From NCBI GenBank assembly GCA_029580855.1, contig JAKPQH010000181.1, positions 16,897 to 80,896 of the forward strand: 64,000 nucleotides of DNA, written 5' to 3'. Position 1 is the stretch's first letter. Each line of letters begins with the position of its first letter. The notes below the pieces were generated by a model, which saw only the letters and a program-made list of their open reading frames with translations, made no database searches and had not been told where the DNA came from. Shown one piece after another: positions 26,798 to 35,032 of the stretch. A program made the translations under genes and the position numbers. The stretch is from a bacterium. Lineage in GTDB: Bacteria; Methylomirabilota; Methylomirabilia; Methylomirabilales; 2-02-FULL-66-22.

Positions 26798-27388
26798 ATG
26801 TATGACCAATGCGGGAAACCCGCGCTGCAGGAGGACGAGGGCAAAGCCGACCGTTCTTCCGGTTCCAAGCGTGGCTCGCCTTGCAGGCACGGGGGAGCCT
26901 CTCGCCACGGTCCGCGAGAAAGGGGGCCGTCTGTGGACGCCGAAGGGCCCCGAGCCACCGGACGAAGCGGTTCGTCCGTTTCCGGAGCGAAATCCGGGGA
27001 CAACCCGCTGCACTGGCGGAGCTCCGGGACTCTCCTGGCCGTGGACGACGACCCGGGTGTCCTGGAGTTGATGGCATCCATCCTGCGGCGATGTGGATTC
27101 ACGGTTCTCACCGCCGGCAACGGGCACTCCGCCCTGGAAATCTTTCGATGTTCTGCAGACCAAATTCGATTGGCTCTGCTGGATTTCACGCTTCCCGACA
27201 CCGACGGAGAGACTTTGCTCCACCGCCTGCGAGAACTCCGTCCGGACGTGCCCGCCATCCTGTGCAGCGGCTGCCTGACCGATGCGGCCGCGGGTCAGGA
27301 GTCGGCAGGGGAATGGTCCGCCGTCATCTCAAAACCCTTCCAGCTCCTTCCGTTTCTGCAAACGCTCCGGTCCGTGCTCGAACGCTGA
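26798..27388 (+). CDS. single-domain response regulator (receiver only)
   Basis: The REC core is TLLAVDDDPGVLELMASIL...ALLDFTLPDTDG...PAILCSG...ISKPF. The first ~75 codons are low complexity. An alternative GTG at 26933 has AAAGGGGG 6 nt upstream. GC3 is visibly lower than in neighbouring genes. Confidence 0.75.
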   Translation: MYDQCGKPALQEDEGKADRSSGSKRGSPCRHGGASRHGPRERGPSVDAEGPRATGRSGSSVSGAKSGDNPLHWRSSGTLLAVDDDPGVLELMASILRRCGFTVLTAGNGHSALEIFRCSADQIRLALLDFTLPDTDGETLLHRLRELRPDVPAILCSGCLTDAAAGQESAGEWSAVISKPFQLLPFLQTLRSVLER

Positions 27389-27760
27389 CCATCGGACGGC
27401 CGCAGGAGGCCGGTGGGGGATCCCTGGCCCGGTAGTGTCGGTTTGGTTTACAGACGCGCCCATGCGACTCGCCGCACCTGTTCCCACGGGTTTACGGCTT
27501 TCCACGTACCCGCGGTCCCGCGGCGTCGGTCGGACGACCTATCACTTTCTCTCTGTTCCGGATTCTCGGCTCGAACCCGGCTCGGCGTGTTGCGGCGGGC
27601 AGGATCGAATGGAATCGAGCAATTGCCTGTCGAGAACGGGCATAACCCGTAAGGATTCACCGTCAGGCACGTTCTATGCTACATACGGGAGAGGGCGCCC
27701 TTCCGATGACGCCTGCAACGGACGCTTCCGGGGGCGCCCCGTCGAAGCCGGAGGGCAACC

Positions 27761-27853
27761 ATGAGCGTGCCGGCCATCCTCTTCCTCGTCGCCTGTTTTC
27801 TCTCCGTCCTGTGCTACATCGCCTGGCGCTATAACTTTCCGAAGCGGTCTTAG
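27761..27853 (+). CDS. candidate 30-aa hydrophobic micro-protein
   Basis: The ATG at 27761 has GGAGGG 6-7 nt upstream. The product is MSVPAILFLVACFLSVLCYIAWRYNFPKRS, one TM-like helix. GC3 is high, as in genuine genes here. It falls below the length cutoff of the ORF track. Confidence 0.3.
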   Translation: MSVPAILFLVACFLSVLCYIAWRYNFPKRS

Positions 27854-28971
27854 CCCGCGCCCAAGAGGGCCAGGACCACCCCACCGGCGACCACGCTGGC
27901 GACCTGCCCGGCGGCATTGGCGCCCATGGCGTGCATGAGAAGAAAGTTCTCGAAGTCCTCCTCCTGACCAATCCGCTGCACCACGCGCGCCGCCATCGGG
28001 AACGCGCTGATTCCCGCCGCGCCGATCAGCGGGTTCAGCCCGCCACGGCTCGCCCAGTTCAGCCCTTTGGCGAAGAGCAACCCCGCCGCCGTGTCCAGGC
28101 CGAACGCCAGGATCCCTAGGAGCAGGATCTTGAGCGTATCCAGCTTGAGAAAGAACTCGGCCTGCATGGTGGAGCCGATCGCCAGCCCAAGGAACAGCGT
28201 CACGATGTTGGCGATCTCCTGCGAGGAGGCCTTGGTGAGCCGCTCGACCGCGCCGGATTCCCGCATGAGGTTGCCCAGCATGAGCATCCCGATGAGGGGC
28301 GTCGCGAAGGGCACCAGGATTCCGACCACCAGCGTGACCGCCAGCGGGAAGAGGATGCGGGTGCGGCGACTGATGGTCCGCTGGGTGTACGGCATGCGGA
28401 CCCGGCGCTCGCTCTTGGAGGTGAGGGCGCGCATGATGGGCGGCTGGATGATGGGCACCAGCGACATGTAGCTGTACGCGCAGACGGTGATGGGGCCCAG
28501 CAGGTGCGGGGCCAGGATGCTGCTCACGTAGATGGAGGTGGGGCCGTCGATGGCACCGATGATCCCGATGGACGCCGCCTCTTTCAGGTTGAAGCCGAGG
28601 AACAGGGCCAGCATCAGCGTCCCGAAGATCCCGAACTGTCCGGCCGCGCCGATGAGGACCATCCGCGGGTTTTCGAGCAGCGGCCCGAAGTCGGTGAGCG
28701 CGCCGATGCCGACGAAGATCAGCAGCGGGTAGAGCTCGTTGTCCACGCCGAATCTGGCCAGGAGGGTGAGCAACCCCCCCTCGGCGACGAGGGGGGACAG
28801 GGGAAGGTTGGCCAGAATACACCCGGCCCCGATGGGGAGGAGCAGCACCGGTTCGTAGTCCTTCTCGATGGCGAGATACAGCAGGATCCCCCCCACGGCC
28901 ATCATCAGGATGGCCCCCGGGGTCACGTGGAGGAGGCCCTGCGCGAGCCGGACAATCGTCGCGGCGTCCAT
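27850..28971 (-). CDS. Na+-translocating decarboxylase subunit beta (OadB/MmdB/GcdB family)
   Basis: 373-aa polytopic membrane protein: ...EPVLLLPIGAGCILANLP...IGAIDGPTSIY...IQPPIMRALT...NPLIGAAGISAFPMAARV... Confidence 0.95.
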   Translation of the reverse strand: MDAATIVRLAQGLLHVTPGAILMMAVGGILLYLAIEKDYEPVLLLPIGAGCILANLPLSPLVAEGGLLTLLARFGVDNELYPLLIFVGIGALTDFGPLLENPRMVLIGAAGQFGIFGTLMLALFLGFNLKEAASIGIIGAIDGPTSIYVSSILAPHLLGPITVCAYSYMSLVPIIQPPIMRALTSKSERRVRMPYTQRTISRRTRILFPLAVTLVVGILVPFATPLIGMLMLGNLMRESGAVERLTKASSQEIANIVTLFLGLAIGSTMQAEFFLKLDTLKILLLGILAFGLDTAAGLLFAKGLNWASRGGLNPLIGAAGISAFPMAARVVQRIGQEEDFENFLLMHAMGANAAGQVASVVAGGVVLALLGAG

Positions 28972-28972
28972 C

Positions 28973-29473
28973 TCACTCCTCTCCCAACTGGATGAGGAGG
29001 TCGCCGTGGGTGACGGTCTGCTCCGGTTGCACGGCGATCTCCAGCACGACGCCGTCGTAGGGGGACTTGATGGCGTTCTTCATCTTCATGGCTTCCAGCG
29101 TGACCAGGGTCTGCCCTCGGCTCACCCGGTCGCCGCGCTTGACGTCGACGGAAAGGATCTTCCCGGGCATGGGCGAGGTGAGGGCGCCCACGACGTTGCC
29201 GTCGGTGGCGTTGGGCGGCAGGGACGGCGGCCTCGCCGCCTGGTCCGGAGGCGGGGAAACGGTGCGGCGCGGCGCGGGAGCCGCCGCGGGCGCTGGATTC
29301 GCCCGCGCCGGGACCATTTGCGGGGTGATCGCGGTCTCCACCACGTCCTCGTCGCTGGACAGGCGCACCTCGTACTCCTGGCCCTCCACCCGGACCGTAT
29401 AGCGGTCCGCCGTCACCTCTTGCACCTCGACGACGAACGGCTTGCCGCCGACCTCCAGCGTGTATCGCCGCAT
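28973..29473 (-). CDS. biotin carboxyl carrier subunit of the decarboxylase
   Basis: C-terminal biotinyl domain with SPMPGKILSVDVKRGDRV..GQTLVTLEAMKMKNAI, preceded by an Ala/Pro-rich linker. Confidence 0.9.
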   Translation of the reverse strand: MRRYTLEVGGKPFVVEVQEVTADRYTVRVEGQEYEVRLSSDEDVVETAITPQMVPARANPAPAAAPAPRRTVSPPPDQAARPPSLPPNATDGNVVGALTSPMPGKILSVDVKRGDRVSRGQTLVTLEAMKMKNAIKSPYDGVVLEIAVQPEQTVTHGDLLIQLGEE

Positions 29474-29552
29474 GATGCCTCTCCCTCGCGTCGTGCTCGG
29501 ATGAGCAGCGGATAAAAGATGCCTCGCCCGGGCGCGGGACGCCGACCGCGGT

Positions 29553-29918
29553 TCAGCGCCCGCGCGGGTTCCAGCTCTGCGTCTGCTGATGCCGGCCCGC
29601 GGCGATCCACCGGCTGGCGAACAGAATGCTTCCCGGCCAGTAGCTGCGCATGGCGGGGGCGGCCTGCTTTCTCAGGACGGCCTGGTGTGTGAACACCGCC
29701 ACGGCGATGGCCGAGAGCAGCTCCGGCGCCAATTTCACGGGCCGCCTCGCCTGGGCGGGACTGGAAGCCGCGCCGGGCGCGGGCGCGCGGAGCGGTTGTC
29801 GGTCCAGGCGAAGCAGGAGGGTCAGCAGCGCCCACAGCAGGGCCAGGAGCAGGAACACGAGGCCCATCCCCAGGACGGTGATGTTGAGCCCGGTCGTCAG
29901 TCGTTCCAACGGTGTCAT
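29553..29918 (-). CDS. OadG/MmdD-like small membrane subunit of the decarboxylase
   Basis: The N-terminal TM segment GLNITVLGMGLVFLLLALLWALLTLL is typical of OadG-family gamma/delta subunits. It sits between the carboxyltransferase and BCCP genes. Confidence 0.7.
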   Translation of the reverse strand: MTPLERLTTGLNITVLGMGLVFLLLALLWALLTLLLRLDRQPLRAPAPGAASSPAQARRPVKLAPELLSAIAVAVFTHQAVLRKQAAPAMRSYWPGSILFASRWIAAGRHQQTQSWNPRGR

Positions 29919-29989
29919 CGTCCGTGTCCTCTCGCGCGTGGGCCGCGGGCCGCGCGCCCGCGCGGCATCCCGGGTCCGCCGCCGGACGC

Positions 29990-31534
29990 CTACACGGGCA
30001 TCAGGCCGTGCTTCTTGGCGGGATTGTGCTGGACCTTTGTGCGCAGCACCTCGAGCGCTCGGATCAGGCGAGGCCGGGTCTCGCGCGGCTCGATCACCTC
30101 GTCGATCTGGCCGAGGTCCGCCGCCCGGAAGGGATTGAAGAACATGTCGCGGTACTCTTGAATGTATTTCCGCTCCGTGGCCGCTGGGTCCGCCGCCTTG
30201 GACAGTTCCTGTCGGTACAGGATGCGGACGGCGCCCTCGGCGCCCATGACGGCGATCTGCGCCGTGGGCCAGGCGTACGCCAGGTCGTTCCGCATCTGCT
30301 TGGAGCTCATGGCGACGTAGGAGCCGCCCATGGCCTTCCGCGTGACGATAGAGATCTTGGGCACGGTGGCCTCGGTGTATGCGTAGATGATCTTGGCGCC
30401 GTGACGGATGACCCCGTGGTATTCCTGGTCGACGCCGGGCAGAAAGCCCGGGCAGTCCACGAAGGTGATGAGGGGGATGCTGTAGGCGTCGCAGATCCGG
30501 ATGAAGCGCGAGATCTTGTCGCTGGCGTCGATGTCCAAGGCGCCGGCCAGGTGGGCGGGCTGGTTGGCCACGATGCCCACGGCGTGTCCGTCCAGCCGCG
30601 CGAAGGCGACGATGGCGTTCGGGGCGTAGCAGGAGTGGACCTCGAGGACGCTGTCCCGGTCAAAAACCGCGTCGATGACGAGATGCATGTCGTAGGGATC
30701 GCTCTCGCTGAGCGGCACCACGTTGTTGAGGGACTCCTCCATCCGGTCGGCCGGATCGTAGGGGGCCACCTGGGGCGGGTCCTCGGTGTTGTTCTGCGGC
30801 AGATAGCTGAGGAGCAGCTTCGTCAGAGAGATGGCGGCCTGCTCGTTCGCGGCGAGGAAGTGAGCCACGCCGCTTCGGCAGTTGTGGATGAGGGGGCCCC
30901 CCAGGTTCGCCGCGTTCACCTCCTCGCCGGTCACCGCTTTGATCACCTCGGGGCCGGTCAGGAACATGAAGCTGGTGTCGCGGGCCATGATGACGAAGTC
31001 GGTGAGCGCCGGCGAGTAGACGGCCCCGCCCGCGCAGGGGCCGAGCATGACCGAGATCTGCGGGACCACGCCCGAGGCCAGAACGTTGCGCTGGAAGACC
31101 TCCCCGTACGCCGCCAGGCTTCGCACTCCCTCCTGGATGCGGGCACCGCCGGAATCGTTGAGTCCGATGAGCGGGATGCCGCTCTCCAGGGCCAGATTTT
31201 GGATACGACAGATCTTGTGGGATTGCACCTCGGAGAAGGAGCCGCCCATCACGGTGAAGTCCTGCGCGAAGACGGCCACCCGGCGCCCGTTGATCTTTCC
31301 CAGGCCGGTGACGATGCCGTCGCCGGGGTACCGCTGGTCGGCCATGCCGAAGTCGGTGATGTTGTGGGTGGCCAGGGCGCCGAATTCCTGGAACGAGCCG
31401 TCGTCCAAGAGCAGCGCCAGCCGCTCGCGCGCGGTCAGCTTGCCCCGCTCGTGCTGCTGTTGAATCCGCCGGGGGCCGCCGCCCATGAGGGCCCGCTCTC
31501 GCAGCTCCCGCAACGTGGTCAGATAATCGCTCAT
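29990..31534 (-). CDS. acyl-CoA carboxyltransferase subunit (methylmalonyl-CoA decarboxylase alpha / PccB-like)
   Basis: 514 aa: ...GKLTARERL..LLD.GSF.E...GDGIVTG.G.INGR.V.VFAQDFTV.GGS...GLNDSGGARIQEG...GPCAGGAVYSPALTDF... is the typical 12S/PccB carboxyltransferase. Confidence 0.95.
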   Translation of the reverse strand: MSDYLTTLRELRERALMGGGPRRIQQQHERGKLTARERLALLLDDGSFQEFGALATHNITDFGMADQRYPGDGIVTGLGKINGRRVAVFAQDFTVMGGSFSEVQSHKICRIQNLALESGIPLIGLNDSGGARIQEGVRSLAAYGEVFQRNVLASGVVPQISVMLGPCAGGAVYSPALTDFVIMARDTSFMFLTGPEVIKAVTGEEVNAANLGGPLIHNCRSGVAHFLAANEQAAISLTKLLLSYLPQNNTEDPPQVAPYDPADRMEESLNNVVPLSESDPYDMHLVIDAVFDRDSVLEVHSCYAPNAIVAFARLDGHAVGIVANQPAHLAGALDIDASDKISRFIRICDAYSIPLITFVDCPGFLPGVDQEYHGVIRHGAKIIYAYTEATVPKISIVTRKAMGGSYVAMSSKQMRNDLAYAWPTAQIAVMGAEGAVRILYRQELSKAADPAATERKYIQEYRDMFFNPFRAADLGQIDEVIEPRETRPRLIRALEVLRTKVQHNPAKKHGLMPV

Positions 31535-31744
31535 GGCTCGACTCCGCTCCGTGTCGTCGGTCTCGCGCCGTGCCCATGGACAAGGCGCCGAAAACCGGTC
31601 TCCGCCCCGGCGGCCTAAAAAGCTCCGGATGCCGGGGGGTGCCCATCGGTCTCGGCCGGGGACCGGTACGGGCTCCCCCGCCGGAGGCGGGCGACCCGCC
31701 TCGAAGATGGTTGCTCCGCAGATGGGCCTATCGTCCGCAGGCCG

Positions 31745-32582
31745 TCATACCTTTCCGGCCGGCGCCACCGTCACCGGCAAGATATGCTTGACTCCGGTGG
31801 GGAACGGACCAGCCTCGAGGTGCCCGTCCAGGCGGTGCTCGCTGGCCCCTTCGGTAATGTTGGGGCACGCGCCGGGACGCCCCGCGCCGGGCGCCGCATT
31901 CGCGTCTGTGCTGGAGACCTCGGTGAACGTCCGGAGACCCGGGACGCGGTGCACGGTCTTGCCCGTGTCAACGACGGGGTGTGTCGCGGGGATCGATCCG
32001 GCCGGGCGGTCCCCCACCACGTCGAGCGCGACCTTCCCGTTTCCCTCGTTGGCCGCAGGCTCGACAACGCCGAGAACCCGCCGCTCCAGGTCGGCCCGCC
32101 CGTGGATGTCCACCGAGCGCATATCCACCGGCATCTCGGCCCCGGGGGCGATGGCATTCACCGTCGTGCCCCCATGGGCGACTCCGACGTTGTAGGTCGT
32201 CTTGGGGGCGCCGGGCGCCTCCAGACGGGAGATGTCGGCGATGGCCCGGCCCATGATGTGGACGGCGCTGAGGGACGCGAAGTGACCCCACCTGCGGCCG
32301 CCGGGGGCCGTAACCGGGATCGTGTAGCGTCGGCCACCCGCCGCGATGTGGCTGATCCGGTCGATCTTCATACCCTCGACGGCGACCAACGCCCCCGCCT
32401 TGTCCCGCACCTCCGCCGGTCCCAGCCCCGCGCAGCGGCGCTGCACGCCGACGTCCTCCTCCTCCTCGAAGGGGGGCGGGGATCTCGCAGATGCGAATCG
32501 CCCCGCCGATCACCCGCTCGGCGTTGGCGTCGACCCAGTGCAATGCCTTTGCGACCGCCGGATCCCGCCGCAGGCGCGCCAC
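31745..32582 (-). pseudogene. M20 family metallopeptidase remnant (frameshift plus internal deletion)
   Basis: The N-terminal piece ...WVDANAERVIGGAIRICEIPAP is in one frame. The rest (FEEEEEDVG...GGRRWGHFASLSAVHIMGRAIADI...TTYNVGVAHGGTTVNAI...VVGDRPAGS...SSTDAN...) is in another. The shift occurs at a G6 run (32471-32476). About 130 aa of catalytic domain are absent. Confidence 0.65.
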
Positions 32583-32643
32583 ATCCGAGATCCGGTCTCC
32601 TCCCGTCCCACGGGCATGCTTGCGAAATATCGCACCCGCCGTT

Positions 32644-32667
32644 AGTATAAGTCAAATCGATTATACT
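32644..32667. promoter_or_regulatory. inverted repeat in an AT-rich island, candidate LysR-type operator
   Basis: AGTATAA-N10-TTATACT contains a T-N11-A core. It lies in the only AT-rich stretch of the 120-bp divergent spacer upstream of the LysR gene. Confidence 0.35.
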
Positions 32668-32701
32668 TATGGAATCTATAAAAGACGCTTGGAGGCCGGA
32701 C

Positions 32702-33652
32702 ATGAACCTGCATCAGCTCCGCGTCTTCTACGAGGTGGCCAGCGCGCGCAGTTTCACCGCGGCCGCCGCCAAGCTGCACCTCACGCAGCCCGCGGCCACC
32801 TGGCAGGTGAAGCGGCTGGAAGACGCGTGCGGTGTGCGGCTCCTGGATCGCGCGGGGAGGCGCATCACCCTGACCGAGGAGGGCAAGGTCCTCATCGACT
32901 TCGCCGGGCGGCTCCTCCAGCTGGCCCGGGAGACGGACGAGGCGCTGGCCGACCTGCGCGGCCTCCCCATGGGGACCCTGCGGATCGACGCCACCTACAT
33001 CGTCGGCGACTATTACCTGCCGGGCCTCCTGGAGGCTCTCCACCGTCGGCACCCGGGTCTGGCGCTTCAGATCGGCATCGGCAACAGCAGCCAGGTGATC
33101 GAGAACACGCTCGCCCAGCGGAACGACGTCGGGATCTGCGCCCACGATCCCGCCCACCCCAAGCTGGAGGCGCGACGCATTCTCACCGACGTCCTGGTCG
33201 CCGTGGTCGGTCCGGCGCACCCCTTCGCCCGCCGCCGGAGCATCGCTCTCTGCGAACTCGCAGGTCAACCCCTCATCCTGCGCGAGCAGGGCTCCTCACC
33301 GCGGCGAACGATTGACGAGATCCTGGCGCGGCGGGGGATCCACCCCTGTGTCGTTGTGGAGTCGGCCAGCACGCCCATCATCAAGCGCTTCGCAGCCACT
33401 GGGGCCGGGATCGGCATCCTCTCCAAGCGCGTTGTGGCCAAGGAGTTGGAAGACGGACTCCTTCGCCTGGTGCCGTTCAGAGATGCAGAGGTGGAGTACC
33501 ACTTCTACCTCATCCGCCACCGGGACCGCTGGGCCTCCCGCTCGGTGCAGGCCTTTATCGAGATGACCCAGCTGTTCCAGCAGAAACCCCCGCCGCCTCC
33601 GCCCCGTCGGCGCAACCGGCGGCCGGTCGACCTCACCCCCGCATCAGCATGA
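32702..33652 (+). CDS. LysR family transcriptional regulator
   Basis: MNLHQLRVFYEVASARSFTAAAAKLHLTQPAATWQVKRLE is the LysR HTH, followed by a substrate-binding domain of typical length. GGAGG RBS upstream. Confidence 0.9.
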   Translation: MNLHQLRVFYEVASARSFTAAAAKLHLTQPAATWQVKRLEDACGVRLLDRAGRRITLTEEGKVLIDFAGRLLQLARETDEALADLRGLPMGTLRIDATYIVGDYYLPGLLEALHRRHPGLALQIGIGNSSQVIENTLAQRNDVGICAHDPAHPKLEARRILTDVLVAVVGPAHPFARRRSIALCELAGQPLILREQGSSPRRTIDEILARRGIHPCVVVESASTPIIKRFAATGAGIGILSKRVVAKELEDGLLRLVPFRDAEVEYHFYLIRHRDRWASRSVQAFIEMTQLFQQKPPPPPPRRRNRRPVDLTPASA

Positions 33653-34937
33653 ATACGATGGCGGCCAGCAGCATGGGGATCGCGTTCCGCTTGGCGAGCT
33701 CGAAGGGGCTCACCCCGGCAAATCCCGCCCCGATGATGCAGGCCGCGGCCACCGGCGACATGCTGCGGCCGAGCGAGCCGCCGACCCAGGCCATGTTCCC
33801 CAGTTCCACCGAGGTGATGCCGAACTGGGCCGCGTGCGGGGTCACCGCCGTGTTAAAGGCGATGGCCGCGGCATCGCCGGAACCGCTGAGCACCGCGACG
33901 ACAAAGGGCCCGAACGTACCCAGGAACGGCACCGCGGACTTGGCGCCCTTGAGAACCGTCAAAAAGCTGTCGATGACTCCGGCGGCCTGCAGACCGCCGA
34001 TGAAGACGCCGGCGGCGATGATGATGCCGATGACCAGGCTGTAGGCGCGACCCATTCCATCGAAGAATTCGGTGACGACTTTAGTCGGCCCGGTCCAGGT
34101 GACCAACATCCCCAGGGCGCTCCCGATCAACATGGACTCCAGGACGGTGAGGCCTTTCGGCAGAATCCTGGTCGTGATGCCGAACTGGGGCACGGTGAGG
34201 AGGAGCAGGGCCAGGGGCACCATGGGGATCAGCGCCATCAGGACGTTGAGACGCTCGACCTTTGGCCGCTTGGCCGACGCCAGCTTGCCGAGGTCGGCGC
34301 CGGCCTTCTCGGGGGTCCAATCCGTGTCCTGCTTGAACAGCTTGGCCTCTGCGAACAAGACGGCGGCCACGATGAGGGCGGACAGGATGGAGGCGGTCTT
34401 GTGGGCCAGGATGACGTCGATCACCGACACGTTGGCGATCTTGGCGATCATGGCCGGGTGAGGCGAGCCGGGACTGAACACCGACCCCCAGGTGCCGGCG
34501 AAAACCGCCGCGCCGGCCATGGCGGGGTGGATGCCGGCCGCCATCATGGCCGGGATCAGGATCACGCCGACGGCGGCGGTGCAGCCGGCGGCGCTGGAGA
34601 TAGCGGTATTGATGAGGTAGGTCACCAGCATGGCGCCGGGGACCAGGACCATCCGCACCTTGAGCAGGGGGTCGGTGAGCATCCTCACCAGGTGGGCATT
34701 GCAGCCCGTGAGCTCCATGACCGCAGCGAATCCCATGACGGGCAGGATGACGCTGATGAGACCCGCCGTCGTCATGCTGTTGGTGAACGACGTCGAGAAG
34801 GCCTGCAGATTCCAGGACAGCACGGCCATGACCAGTCCGCCCGCCAGCAGCGCCAACCGGACCTCGGCCTTCCGGATGATGGCGGCGAACGTCAGGACAG
34901 TCACGACCAGGGCAACGATGTTGAGGAACATGGCCAC
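33633..34937 (-). CDS. C4-dicarboxylate anaerobic carrier family transporter (DcuC-like)
   Basis: 434-aa polytopic membrane protein whose overall pattern (…GCNAHLVRML…, …FSPGSPHPAMIA…, …GSGDAAAIAFN…) resembles the DcuC family as I recall it. Its 3' end overlaps the LysR 3' end by 20 nt (convergent). Confidence 0.8.
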   Translation of the reverse strand: MAMFLNIVALVVTVLTFAAIIRKAEVRLALLAGGLVMAVLSWNLQAFSTSFTNSMTTAGLISVILPVMGFAAVMELTGCNAHLVRMLTDPLLKVRMVLVPGAMLVTYLINTAISSAAGCTAAVGVILIPAMMAAGIHPAMAGAAVFAGTWGSVFSPGSPHPAMIAKIANVSVIDVILAHKTASILSALIVAAVLFAEAKLFKQDTDWTPEKAGADLGKLASAKRPKVERLNVLMALIPMVPLALLLLTVPQFGITTRILPKGLTVLESMLIGSALGMLVTWTGPTKVVTEFFDGMGRAYSLVIGIIIAAGVFIGGLQAAGVIDSFLTVLKGAKSAVPFLGTFGPFVVAVLSGSGDAAAIAFNTAVTPHAAQFGITSVELGNMAWVGGSLGRSMSPVAAACIIGAGFAGVSPFELAKRNAIPMLLAAIVFMLMRG

Positions 34938-35032
34938 GCTCCTTTCGGGCCGACCGGCCCTTTGCAGGAAAGGGAGGGGGTGAGCGTCCGCGATCTCCCC
35001 ACGTGCACGCGGTTATCCGCGATGTCGTGCCA

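Noticed and set aside
27695-27765. Possible glycine riboswitch (GGGAGAG...hairpin...CGTCGAAGCCGGAGGGCAAC) upstream of the micro-ORF
   Set aside because: Only the first half loosely resembles the GGAGAG / CGCCGAAGGAGCAA core. There is no P3 hairpin and no CUCAGGCAAAAGGAC-like 3' element, because the coding sequence starts immediately. Similarity judged coincidental.
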